This document shows positions 31,286 to 41,100 of a DNA stretch of 64,000 nt, in pieces. Under the pieces are notes generated by a model. That model did not search any database, was not told where the DNA came from, and was given only the letters and a program-made list of their open reading frames with translations. The position numbers were made by a program, and so were the translations under genes. Positions within the stretch are counted from its first letter, which is position 1; the number at the start of each line of letters is the position of its first letter. Source of the DNA: Candidatus Bathyarchaeia archaeon (GTDB taxonomy: Archaea > Thermoproteota > Bathyarchaeia > 40CM-2-53-6); NCBI GenBank assembly GCA_049517415.1, contig JBEKSC010000016.1, positions 1-64,000 on the forward strand, given 5' to 3'.

Positions 31286-33310
31286 ATGATAATCAAGGCT
31301 ATCAAGGTGCGCAACTTTCGTTCGATAAAGGATGAAACCCTAGACTGTAGTAATTTAACCGCCTTAGTCGGGCCTAACGGGGCGGGTAAATCCTCCTTCT
31401 TGAGGGCTATCGATATTTTCTATACTGCCTCCGCCAAATATTCAGAGGAGGATTTCTACGGCAGAAATACGACCCAACCGATCACGATTACTATGAGTTT
31501 TACGCGTCTCTCCGAGGATGAGAAAATTCTCTTTCGTAGGTATCTCGAAAATGAGGAACTCACCGTCGAGAAGGAATTAGCATGGCCATGGAGCAGAACA
31601 AGCCAAAAGTACTACGGTAATGGCCTGCAAAATCCTGATTTTGCAACATTTTACCGAGCACAAACCGCGAAAGAGAAGAAAGCCGCTTACGAGAACCTCG
31701 ACTCAGCCAAATACTCTTCGATGCCACGTTACACAAATGTGAATGATGCACTAACAAACCTGAAAAATTGGGAGCAAGGTCACCCTGACGGATGTGTACG
31801 TGCGAGAGATGACGGGCAGTTCTTTGGTTTTAAGGAAGTTGGAGAAGCTCATCTGGAACGATACACTCGTTTTGTTTTTGTTCCGGCGGTTCGTGACGCT
31901 CGTCAGGATGCAGCCGAAGGAAAAGGAAGCATTCTCTCTGATATCATGGACATTGTCGTACGGAGTGTCCTAGCAAAAAGTGAGGACGTAGCGAAGCTAC
32001 AGCAAGATACGCAAACCCGATACGAACAGATCATGGAACCCGATAAACTACCTCAATTAAAACTCCTTGATGGTCAACTGGGGAACATTCTCAAACGATA
32101 CTTCCCCGATGCAGACGTAAACCTGAACTGGCTCAAATCGTCGGGAATTGAAATCCCGATGCCTCAAGCTGAGATCAGGCTTGTGGAAGACGCCTTTACT
32201 GCTGAGGTTGGCCACAGTGGGCATGGGCTTCAACGCGCTTTCATCATTTCAATGCTGGAATTCCTAGCAACCGTAACGGCTACCTCAGATGAAGCAGCGG
32301 AACCAACTGTTCCCGCCTCCACGCCCCAAGATAGTCAGAACGTGGTTTTGGGCGCAGACCTCATTCTTGGGATCGAGGAGCCAGAACTTTACCAACACCC
32401 AAATCGGCAGCGGTACCTATCAAAGGCTCTTCTGCAACTTGCTTCGGATACAGCGAATCCGGCGCGGCGTCAAACACAAGTAATCTACGCAACCCATTCG
32501 CCGCTGATGATAGACCTTGAACGATTCGATCAACTGCGAATATTCCGCAAGGATCAAGTAGAGAGCGGTCAACCTAAGGTTACGAGGATAGCCCATACGA
32601 CCCTCGACGAAGTCGCCAAAGAGCTCGAAAAAGCATGCAGTAAACCGGAGGGCACGTTTTCTGGCGAAGCTCTGAAACCCCATCTCCAAGCGCTAATGAC
32701 ACCATGGATGAATGAGGGATTTTTCTCGCAGCTTGTAGTTCTTGTGGAGGGAGAAGAAGACCGCGCCGCTATACTCGGGCTTGCGGCAGCCAAGGCGATA
32801 GATTTTGAGAACCTCGAAATCTCGGTCATACCTTGCATGGGCAAAAGCAACATCGATAGGCCCTCCACCATATTTCGAAAACTCGGAATACCAGTATATG
32901 CAATCTGGGATAGCGACTTCGGAGGTTCCGGCGCGAAGGCCGAAGATAACTACAACTTACTACGGCTGTTTGGTCAGCCAACTGAAGATTGGCCAGAGAG
33001 GGTTACAGACGTATTCGCATGTTTCAAAACGACTCTAATGAAGGAGTTCGAGAGCGAAATAGGCCAACCTGAATTCAATCAAATTCTAAGTCTGTGTGGT
33101 GAGCGTTTTCGAATCACGAAGATTGACTACTCCAAGAAGAATCCGTTAGTGATAAGAGAGTTCTTCAAGGAATGCCTCCAGAAGAACAAAGGGTTCACAA
33201 TGTTAGAGAAGATAATCGCACAGATAATGGCATTAAGCGAGGCTTCTTCGAGGCATATTGATGACCATGCGTCTTCGCCTGTGACTGCGGTTGCTGCAAA
33301 CTCCTCTTAG
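31286..33310 (+). CDS. OLD-family ATP-dependent endonuclease (ABC ATPase + TOPRIM)
   Basis: NFRSI, GPNGAGKS, GHGLQR, IEEPELYQHP, ATHSP; TOPRIM VLVEGEED...WDSD. Confidence 0.92.
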   Translation: MIIKAIKVRNFRSIKDETLDCSNLTALVGPNGAGKSSFLRAIDIFYTASAKYSEEDFYGRNTTQPITITMSFTRLSEDEKILFRRYLENEELTVEKELAWPWSRTSQKYYGNGLQNPDFATFYRAQTAKEKKAAYENLDSAKYSSMPRYTNVNDALTNLKNWEQGHPDGCVRARDDGQFFGFKEVGEAHLERYTRFVFVPAVRDARQDAAEGKGSILSDIMDIVVRSVLAKSEDVAKLQQDTQTRYEQIMEPDKLPQLKLLDGQLGNILKRYFPDADVNLNWLKSSGIEIPMPQAEIRLVEDAFTAEVGHSGHGLQRAFIISMLEFLATVTATSDEAAEPTVPASTPQDSQNVVLGADLILGIEEPELYQHPNRQRYLSKALLQLASDTANPARRQTQVIYATHSPLMIDLERFDQLRIFRKDQVESGQPKVTRIAHTTLDEVAKELEKACSKPEGTFSGEALKPHLQALMTPWMNEGFFSQLVVLVEGEEDRAAILGLAAAKAIDFENLEISVIPCMGKSNIDRPSTIFRKLGIPVYAIWDSDFGGSGAKAEDNYNLLRLFGQPTEDWPERVTDVFACFKTTLMKEFESEIGQPEFNQILSLCGERFRITKIDYSKKNPLVIREFFKECLQKNKGFTMLEKIIAQIMALSEASSRHIDDHASSPVTAVAANSS

Positions 33311-33419
33311 ACCAAATATGAAGTGAGTCAAATCATATGAAGTCCAAGACTACTGCCAAGTGTTATATCACATAAGCATTAATCGAATGCCGGTCACATC
33401 AATCCATAGGTAGCGGGCG

Positions 33420-34949
33420 TTGATGTTAGCTCTTGAAACTTGTAACCCGCCAACCACTAGAAGTGACCCTAAGTCTGCGGCACGCAAACCTTCCACTCAG
33501 TCAGAATTGTATGGGCAGGTGTTGACACCGTCGCCTATCGCAAATCATATGGCTAAACTCCTGACCGAACGGTTGAGCGGCTGTCGGATCATGGACCCTT
33601 GCGTGGGTCCGGCAACGTTCCCGATAGCTCTCACCCGACAGAAGAGTCATCGCACGATGCATTTCACGCTATTAGACATCGATCCCAGCATGATGCGAAC
33701 AACGAGAAGCTGGGCAAAGAAGCATCGCAATCATGTAGAGTTGTCTACTTGCGATTATCTGACGACACGGAAAGACGAGGAATTCGACGGCATAATTTTG
33801 AACCCTCCTTTCGTTAGACAAGAATGGATATCACGAAAGGGACACTACCGCGGCTTGTTCTTGAAGCGCTACGGTCTTGAACTTCCGGGAACCTCTAATC
33901 TTTACGTATATTTCATCGTTAAGACGGTGCAGGATCTTAGACCTGGTGGAGTTTTTGTTTGCATAGTCTACGATTCTTGGCAATTCACCAGGTTTGGATT
34001 ATGGTTAGCTCAATACCTGGAAAATTGTTGCAGTTCTCTATGCGTAGAGTCAGTCGGGAACGCTCCGTTTGACAGGCATCTCGTGGACGCCACGATCATC
34101 ACAGGAAGGAGGAGACTGAAAACGCCCCTGGGGCCTCCGAGACAAATAGTAGGCTTGAGACAAAACAGAAGCCCATTCGTGAAGGTAAGAGGTTTTGTCC
34201 CGCTTCATCAGGTTTATGGAACGCGTCGCGGCCTACGATTGAAGCAAGCTAGTTTCTTCATGTGCTCTGCCAAGGAAGGTAAGAATCTAGGCGCAACACC
34301 CTTCTTGAAGAAAGTGGCAAAGGTGACAGGATACTTGGTTCCAACTGACCATGATGAAGCTGCTCTCATAGTAACCAGACCTAACGAAAAGCCGAAAGTG
34401 CGTACAGAGTTGCTTCGCCGACTGCGTGAAGCTATAAGGGAACCGGAATCAAATGTTTCAATACTCACGTGGTATACGCAGAGGCCTGATGCTTGGTATC
34501 TTCACGCTAATGCCCCTCACGCGCCGATAGTGTTCAATTACTATCTGCGCTCGCGACCAAAGCATATTTACAATCAGGAATACGGCTTCTCAGACAACTT
34601 CTATGGATTGACCGACATTTGTGGCATACCGACTTTGGCATCTCTCGCTCTTATGAATTCGACCGCCGTATCAGTTGAGATTCTTGCTCGATCCCGCAAT
34701 CAAGGAAATGGTCTCTCCAAGATACAGCTCTTTGAATATCGCGAAGCACTCATTCCGGACCCGCAGGTCTTAGGGACCGATTCGATCAACGCTATGGAAG
34801 AGCTAGGCAGAAGGATGACGATGGACCCAGCAAATGCTAGAGGTTACATAAATGAAATCGACTGTATTTTGGCGGAGCAATTTCATGACCCCGCACTCTC
34901 TCCTCCAACTCTGCGAGAACAGGAACAGCAGTTCCTACATGCAGCCTAG
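33420..34949 (+). CDS. N6-adenine DNA methyltransferase (gamma/Eco57I-like)
   Basis: GQVLTP, DPCVGPATF, ILNPPF, NLYVYF. Confidence 0.88.
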   Translation: MMLALETCNPPTTRSDPKSAARKPSTQSELYGQVLTPSPIANHMAKLLTERLSGCRIMDPCVGPATFPIALTRQKSHRTMHFTLLDIDPSMMRTTRSWAKKHRNHVELSTCDYLTTRKDEEFDGIILNPPFVRQEWISRKGHYRGLFLKRYGLELPGTSNLYVYFIVKTVQDLRPGGVFVCIVYDSWQFTRFGLWLAQYLENCCSSLCVESVGNAPFDRHLVDATIITGRRRLKTPLGPPRQIVGLRQNRSPFVKVRGFVPLHQVYGTRRGLRLKQASFFMCSAKEGKNLGATPFLKKVAKVTGYLVPTDHDEAALIVTRPNEKPKVRTELLRRLREAIREPESNVSILTWYTQRPDAWYLHANAPHAPIVFNYYLRSRPKHIYNQEYGFSDNFYGLTDICGIPTLASLALMNSTAVSVEILARSRNQGNGLSKIQLFEYREALIPDPQVLGTDSINAMEELGRRMTMDPANARGYINEIDCILAEQFHDPALSPPTLREQEQQFLHAA

Positions 34950-34960
34950 GAAGAGAAATC

Positions 34961-37885
34961 ATGGGCTGGTTGTCTTACTCCGACGATGAGGTCCTTTTAT
35001 TTCATCCCGCCTTCAAAGACGCCGTCGATAAAGCATTAGAGAAAGCCAATCTAGTGGAGAAGTATGAATGGATTCATCATCCTTCTAGAAGCCCGAAGAA
35101 GATCTTCCCAGATTTTGCCTTAGTTAACAAAGAGACAGGGCAATGGCTTCTCACCGTTGAAGTGAAGAGACGAAGAGAAGCAGTCTACGCGACGCGTAAT
35201 CAATATCAAGCGAAAAGCTATGCAGAGGATAACATAAATCGATATCCGGCTCAAGCTACAAAATTCTTCGCAATCTCCAATCTGGAAACGTCGATCCTCT
35301 TTGCTCTACATGACGGTCGTCCGCCTCAGGAATGTCAACTTAAAGACGGGGTATACACATCTGGTGACTTTCGGTCGGACACGCTCGAAGTGCATCGTAC
35401 CAAGTTTATCGACCATTGGACGGAGGTGTGTAAGCGCGTCACAGCAAACGGCCAAGTCGAGTTTGAAGTTGTTTGGCCTGCCGTATTAGACTCTCTCGTT
35501 AGCCACGCGTTAAATGTGAAGCCTTCTCCTGCCATAGCCGTTCCGATTCCCAAAACGAGCAACTGGCCCCTCATCCAGTCCTATTTCGGAGAGTCGAGCG
35601 ACTTGAACGCTGCACGCTTATTCCTTCTTCGCTGCTTGTTAGTAGAGTACTTGCGAGGAACGTTACTGAATCTCCATGATAGTCGGGGAGCTAAGATTCC
35701 GGTCATCAGGACGGAACGTCTTCAGTCCTCCCTCGCCAACGCCCTTGAGACATTGCGCGGCATCGATTTTCACGCGCTCTTTGAAGCCTCTTCTCCCGAT
35801 CTTTACCGCAATTTAACCGACCCAGATCTCGTGAATTCTCTACGATTATATGTCGAAGACCTGCTCGCCAAGAGAGTCGTGCAGCTTGCGTCGCGCGTTG
35901 ACGCACTCGAATTATTAGATACTCTATTTTCGAAGACGCATCCTTTCGAAAGTTTGGCCGTGGACGGGAAGGTGCAAACTGATCCAGATCTTGCGGATAT
36001 CTTGGCAGTACTTGCAATCAAAGACAAAACGACTCTGGTCTACGATCCCGGCTGCGGAAACGGAACACTGCTTTCCGCTGCCTATGATCGACTCGTGGAC
36101 TTGGGAGACGCTGAGAACACGGCCCTCCAAAGCTTGATAGGCATTGAGGCCGACGAAATATCAATGCGAATCGCATCACTCCGCCTTGCCCTCCGAAACC
36201 CGAAACTGCTAAGCCCCGACTTGAAACTCAACATTTTCCTAGGAGATATCTTCGCACATCCGGATTTGGTAAGAAAGGCCGACGTAGTGCTAATGAATCC
36301 GCCTTTCAAACGTTACGAGTCTCAAGACCAGAAACCGGTGCCGTCCGAGCTGAGAAAATACTACAATTCCGCCATCAAAGCGATTGACGGGAAACCTGCA
36401 ACATCGACGAAAGGCCAAAGTAACTTATTCGATTATTATGTGGAATTCGTAGCGAAAACAGCACGAGTAGGAACACATCTAGGGATTATCCTAGACAATA
36501 AGTGGTATCACAACAAGTACGGCGAAGCGCTTCGAAAACTTCTGTTGAAGGACTTTCAGATACAAGCCATTGTCGAATATCCACACGATCTCTACTTCAA
36601 ACACTATACAGTGTCCACTTCAATGTTAATCGTCGAGAAGTCAAAGAATGTCTCCACAGGGCACGAAGTTGCTTTCATTCGCTGTAGAGCCGACCCCCAG
36701 GAAGCTGGGACCTCCGTCATTGCCAAAGCCTTTCACGAAAATGCTGACTGGCCACCCGATTGGTTTGTAAGACATGTTCCGCAGCGCAATCTCAACGAGA
36801 AAGTTGGGTGGAAGACCAACTTCGATGAACCGCTAAAGCACGACTACCTGAGAAACCTAACACCCTTCGTGAGGTTCTTCGCTCGATCTAGAAGGGGCAG
36901 TCTTAACAAAGAAGGTGCAGGCACCGGAGTGATCGATTTCCCGTTCAACCAGGTAGATTATGGTCCGAAGAGAAAACGGGCTCGCGGCAAGCATAAACCG
37001 TGGGGTACCGAGGCTGATGGGCAGCTTACTCCCTCACAAAACCATCGAATCAAACAGTTGGCATCACGAATACCGGGCAGATATCGTGGGTGGGCTATCC
37101 GAAATGCTGACGATTTGACCAAGTACGTGCTTGATGAGAACAATGTTAGAAGATGTCCGACACTTGAGCCTCCGGAATTAAGGAGAGACTCATCATATCT
37201 GACTAACAAGAGGGTGGTTTGGTCATCAAAGCTAGGACGTGCCGTAACTCACATGCGATCGGATAGGAGAATAGGGCCGTTCATCCGCGAGCTCGGGAAG
37301 GTTGTTGGGTTAAACGAACACATCTTGCCACCCAAAGAGTTGTGGGTGACACTTCGTGAACCGTATGCGGGAGAGCTTATAATCCCACGGAAGATGAGAA
37401 CAGGGCACCGTGTTCACATCAACCCCTTTGCGTTCGACCCTTCGAGCAGACAGGTCCGTATCTCTAGCAACTTCATCTCCTACTCGAATTGCTTGGCGAC
37501 TGACGTCTCGTCCAATCTGGACAGGCGAGTCGCCACGACGCTAATTGCGGCTTTTCTTCTCTCAAGTTTTGGTCAACTACAGTTTGAGCGCGAGGGCTAT
37601 AATCGTGAAGGCGTATTGTGCGTTGAGAACATTCATCTGAAACGAATCAGGGTCATTGATCCAAGAAAAATCCTTCCTGCAGTGAGAGATGAAATAGTCA
37701 CGGCTTTCGGCCACCTACCCTATCCAATCTCGACAGATAGAATTTCAAGCGGACATCCAGAACGGAACGAACTGGACAGGCTGATAGCCATAGAACTTTG
37801 CCGGCTTGACAGCGGTGATCCTGCGGGGTTGATCGAGGAGGTACACGACTCACTGGACCGATGGGTGGAAGCTCGTCAGCCATGA
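34961..37885 (+). CDS. type IIG restriction-modification enzyme (REase-MTase-TRD)
   Basis: N-terminal FPDF...VEVKR...QAKSYA; DPGCGNGTLL; MNPPF; long C-terminal TRD. Confidence 0.85.
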   Translation: MGWLSYSDDEVLLFHPAFKDAVDKALEKANLVEKYEWIHHPSRSPKKIFPDFALVNKETGQWLLTVEVKRRREAVYATRNQYQAKSYAEDNINRYPAQATKFFAISNLETSILFALHDGRPPQECQLKDGVYTSGDFRSDTLEVHRTKFIDHWTEVCKRVTANGQVEFEVVWPAVLDSLVSHALNVKPSPAIAVPIPKTSNWPLIQSYFGESSDLNAARLFLLRCLLVEYLRGTLLNLHDSRGAKIPVIRTERLQSSLANALETLRGIDFHALFEASSPDLYRNLTDPDLVNSLRLYVEDLLAKRVVQLASRVDALELLDTLFSKTHPFESLAVDGKVQTDPDLADILAVLAIKDKTTLVYDPGCGNGTLLSAAYDRLVDLGDAENTALQSLIGIEADEISMRIASLRLALRNPKLLSPDLKLNIFLGDIFAHPDLVRKADVVLMNPPFKRYESQDQKPVPSELRKYYNSAIKAIDGKPATSTKGQSNLFDYYVEFVAKTARVGTHLGIILDNKWYHNKYGEALRKLLLKDFQIQAIVEYPHDLYFKHYTVSTSMLIVEKSKNVSTGHEVAFIRCRADPQEAGTSVIAKAFHENADWPPDWFVRHVPQRNLNEKVGWKTNFDEPLKHDYLRNLTPFVRFFARSRRGSLNKEGAGTGVIDFPFNQVDYGPKRKRARGKHKPWGTEADGQLTPSQNHRIKQLASRIPGRYRGWAIRNADDLTKYVLDENNVRRCPTLEPPELRRDSSYLTNKRVVWSSKLGRAVTHMRSDRRIGPFIRELGKVVGLNEHILPPKELWVTLREPYAGELIIPRKMRTGHRVHINPFAFDPSSRQVRISSNFISYSNCLATDVSSNLDRRVATTLIAAFLLSSFGQLQFEREGYNREGVLCVENIHLKRIRVIDPRKILPAVRDEIVTAFGHLPYPISTDRISSGHPERNELDRLIAIELCRLDSGDPAGLIEEVHDSLDRWVEARQP

Positions 37886-39033
37886 AACAAAGCAACGGTT
37901 TCAGAGTCATCAGTCTCTTCAGCGGGATCGGAGGGCTGGATCTCGGCTTTCTTTGGGAAGGATTCAACATCATATGGGCCAACGATCTAAACTCGCACGC
38001 TGTTGACGCATACACCAGGAATTTCGGCCTTGAGCCTACCCCTGGAGACATACATGAGATCGATCTGCGCTCACTGCCTGAAGCCGAAGTAGTAATTGGG
38101 GGCCCACCCTGTCAGGCATTTTCACTCGTCGGACAGCGCAAAACAGCTGATCCGAGAGGGGAACTGGTTTTCAAGTTTCTTGAGGCGGTAGAAACTGTTC
38201 GGCCACTGGCTTTTGTCATGGAAAATGTGCCAGGGATGGCAGCCAGCAGAGTTAACGGTGTAAGGCTTCCAGACTTGCTAACAACGGCCTTCGAGAAGCT
38301 CGGATACCACGTTACACAAACTAAGCTTGTGGCGACAGACTATCTCGTTCCGCAGAGGCGCGTTCGGATCGTAATCCTCGGATGTAGGGGTTCTCAACCC
38401 GGAAAACCCGACGGAACAAAATTCGCTTTGCAGCATTACGACATAGATTCATTGAAGCACGACATATCCGCAACAGCTGCGATTGGAGATTTGGGACCCT
38501 GTGGTAAGAAGGGTCAACGCGTATCATATCTCGACATAATGCCTTCTGAATTCGCAAGGCTGATGCGCAGTGCAGGTTTAAGAGACGTAAGCCTACACGA
38601 ATGTCCTAGAATGTCAGAGATGGACAAGCTTTTTGTCGAGCACATCCCTCCGGGAGGAAACTATTTGGACATACCCGACGACATCGCGACAAAACGGGTC
38701 AAGAATTTCAAGCGAACAGGCGGGCGGACGACAACTTACGGCCGATTGCACCCGGAACGTCCCGCTTACACAATCAACACGTATTTCCGAAGACCCAACG
38801 TGGGCTGCAATTTCCATTACTCTGAGCCACGCCTGATTACGGCGAGGGAGGCCATGCGGTTTCAATCAATACCCGACCATTTTGAAATCGATCCGAGATG
38901 CCCAAGAGAGGTGAGAAATGCTCTAATTGGAAACGCCGTGCCTCCCCTGATGGCTCAAGCAATTGCGTGGAGTCTAGACGTTGCCCTGGCATCCCGAGTA
39001 GGACTAAGCGTTACTCAGTCCACCCTTACCTAA
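37882..39033 (+). CDS. C5-cytosine DNA methyltransferase
   Basis: LFSGIGG, GGPPCQAFS, MENVPG, PQRRVR, IGNAVPP; ATG 37882 overlaps the IIG stop (ATGA). Confidence 0.95.
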   Translation: MKQSNGFRVISLFSGIGGLDLGFLWEGFNIIWANDLNSHAVDAYTRNFGLEPTPGDIHEIDLRSLPEAEVVIGGPPCQAFSLVGQRKTADPRGELVFKFLEAVETVRPLAFVMENVPGMAASRVNGVRLPDLLTTAFEKLGYHVTQTKLVATDYLVPQRRVRIVILGCRGSQPGKPDGTKFALQHYDIDSLKHDISATAAIGDLGPCGKKGQRVSYLDIMPSEFARLMRSAGLRDVSLHECPRMSEMDKLFVEHIPPGGNYLDIPDDIATKRVKNFKRTGGRTTTYGRLHPERPAYTINTYFRRPNVGCNFHYSEPRLITAREAMRFQSIPDHFEIDPRCPREVRNALIGNAVPPLMAQAIAWSLDVALASRVGLSVTQSTLT

Positions 39034-39687
39034 CCGAACTTTCCGCTTTCCAGTAGCGCAAAAAGAACAGAGGAGACAATTTTGACACTTCGGCCGATTT
39101 GGGCGACAGAATCGCGCTGACAGATCGAGAAGACCTAGGAACGTCGCCCTTCCATCATTACTCGATTCTAGTGTATCGCCGAATATGGCTTCGATTTTGT
39201 CCTCCTGGAGCCGGGGCTCGCCCGTCAATCTACGATATACTCTCAAGACATTGCGGTCGACAGGAGCCCCAGCGCGTTTTCCAACAGTCCATAAGAATGC
39301 ACGAGCAGTGTACTTGCCAACCCCGGGGAGTCCGTTGAGACTTCCTTCATCGAACGGTACCTGACCCCCGTGTTTCCTAACTAGGCTTGTCCCTAGGCGC
39401 TTCAGTTGAGAGGTCCTTTGATTCTGAAGTCCTAAAGGTTCAAGGATGTGATGCAATTCGTTCTCTTTTGCTCTTGCGATCGAAGCAGGTGTTCGATAGC
39501 GGTGCAAAACAACTGACCATACTGGGCCCACTTTAATAGCAATGGTCATATGCAGCATGACTTCTGCTATCAGAACGGGCCATGCGTGAAGCCCCTTTTT
39601 TCTCCAAGGAAAAGGCCTCCCCTGTGCGTTGTAATAACTCGAAAGGAGTTCGCTGACCATTTGTTTTTCCGAGAACAAGGGGCGCAT
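39004..39687 (-). CDS. HhH-GPD glycosylase with a 4Fe-4S motif (Mig/MutY-like, probably G:T mismatch)
   Basis: RPFPWR, LPGVGKYTA, PVDRNV, C-X6-C-X2-C-X5-C; convergent with the C5-MTase. Confidence 0.85.
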   Translation of the reverse strand: MRPLFSEKQMVSELLSSYYNAQGRPFPWRKKGLHAWPVLIAEVMLHMTIAIKVGPVWSVVLHRYRTPASIARAKENELHHILEPLGLQNQRTSQLKRLGTSLVRKHGGQVPFDEGSLNGLPGVGKYTARAFLWTVGKRAGAPVDRNVLRVYRRLTGEPRLQEDKIEAIFGDTLESSNDGRATFLGLLDLSARFCRPNRPKCQNCLLCSFCATGKRKVRLGKGGLSNA

Positions 39688-39725
39688 AGTGTTATCGTCT
39701 TTGTTTTCTTGCTCCCGTGTTTACA

Positions 39726-40064
39726 TCATGGGTATACTTGGTGAATTTGGGCTTTCGAATCGACGCCAAGGGCCACTATGCTTCCCACATTGAATAACCC
39801 CGGGTTCAACTGTTTTGCTCGCCGGAGCGACAATACGAGAGTACCTGAACTATATCCATGAGCCAAAGCTTCAAACAGTTGCCCCACTCCTCGAATCACG
39901 TCGTCATGCCCGCTCTTGATTTCGAGAGCCATACGCCATTTGTCGCCGATCACTTCGCCGTCGATGATCGCGTTCCCTACCCTGACGCCCCTCATGTTCA
40001 CTGTGAATCCTTTCTGTCGGAAGTGGCGCGCAACAGCCCACTTCAGCCATTTTTCATTCATCAT
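39726..40064 (-). CDS. small PD-(D/E)xK nuclease-like protein
   Basis: IIDGEV...ALEIKS...RGVGQL; ATG abuts the integrase stop. Confidence 0.7.
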   Translation of the reverse strand: MMNEKWLKWAVARHFRQKGFTVNMRGVRVGNAIIDGEVIGDKWRMALEIKSGHDDVIRGVGQLFEALAHGYSSGTLVLSLRRAKQLNPGLFNVGSIVALGVDSKAQIHQVYP

Positions 40065-41100
40065 TCACTTGCGCTTCCGGAAATACCACTCTTCTCCTTC
40101 CTTGGAAACGAAAGTGAACCCGTCCTCGATCATGTTAACGCGTTCCTGTTTGGTCATTGCGACTTTGCATATCCACTCATCTGTCTCGAAGTTGACGAGG
40201 TGCGTGTAGACGAGGGTGTTTCTGATGTCTTTGTGCCCGAGAATTTGCATTACGTGGAGGATGTCTTTCGTTTTGTGATATTCCATTGTAGCCTTGAAGT
40301 GTCTCAAGGTCTTGAGGGTTATGCGCTCGATTCTTGGGTTCTGAAGTTTCTTTGCGGTTCTGCTTCTTTGGGCGGCGAGAATTCTGCGGAATGTTTCCAT
40401 CGATGATAAGGGGGTCGATGTTGGGGTCGCGGAAGATGAGTTTATGCCGTTTCGGTAGGGCGTTGAGCATGTTGACGAGTTGGGTGGAGATGTGGGGTTG
40501 GCGCGGGTTGCTGTTTTTTTCGGGGGATATGTTGATGGTTTGCTGCGCCGGGTTGAGGTCGGTCCATTTGAGGTTCCAGGCTTCGCCGGCACGCATTCCA
40601 GTCTCCTTGATTAATTGGAGCATTGCCGCCACTTTCCTGCTGCAGCTGGCAATTAGTTGATCCACTTCAACCTCTAGCGGGATGAAGGGTAGTTTCTCGA
40701 TTCGTCTGTAGTTGGGTTTGTCGAAGGGTGTGTGTTTGTAGGCGTAGAACCTTGCGAGGTCTTCGGTTAACTTTGCTTTTCTCGACTCGCTCATCTCGGC
40801 TGAGGCTAGGTAGGATTTGGCTGATTCGGCTCGTAGGAGGCTTGATCTTCTGGCGATGGATTTCAGTGATTGTACGCAGTATCTGACGGTGGAGTGGCGG
40901 TAGCCCTGCTTCCGCATCCATAACCCGAAGTTGATTATTTCGCTGAGGACTTGGGGTTCGATTTTCTGGAGAAAAACCCCCTGGGTGGAGCTGAAAGCGC
41001 CGGGGGTGGGATTTGAACCCACAGGGCACAGAGACTCGTCGGTTGGACACACCTTGAGAGGCAAGCAACGTACATCTATTTCATTTGGCATTGAGTTCAT
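40065..41100 (-). CDS. tyrosine integrase 1, frameshifted at a C5 run (~40410-40414)
   Basis: TGMRAGEA, EKNS, KTLRH, LGH, Y; split between ORFs 40177..41208 and 40065..40592; ATG 41100 overlaps the integrase 2 stop. Confidence 0.85.
40998..41022 (-). tRNA. tRNA 3' fragment (T-arm + acceptor strand, Ser-like), att-site-like, inside the integrase 1 reading frame
   Basis: GTGGG TTCAAAT CCCAC CCCCGGC G; translated in frame as VGSNPTPG; no 5' half found. Confidence 0.7.

Noticed and set aside
31286..33310. Complete Gabija system
   Set aside because: No adjacent UvrD-like GajB; the only SF1 helicase is UPF1-like and 14 kb away.
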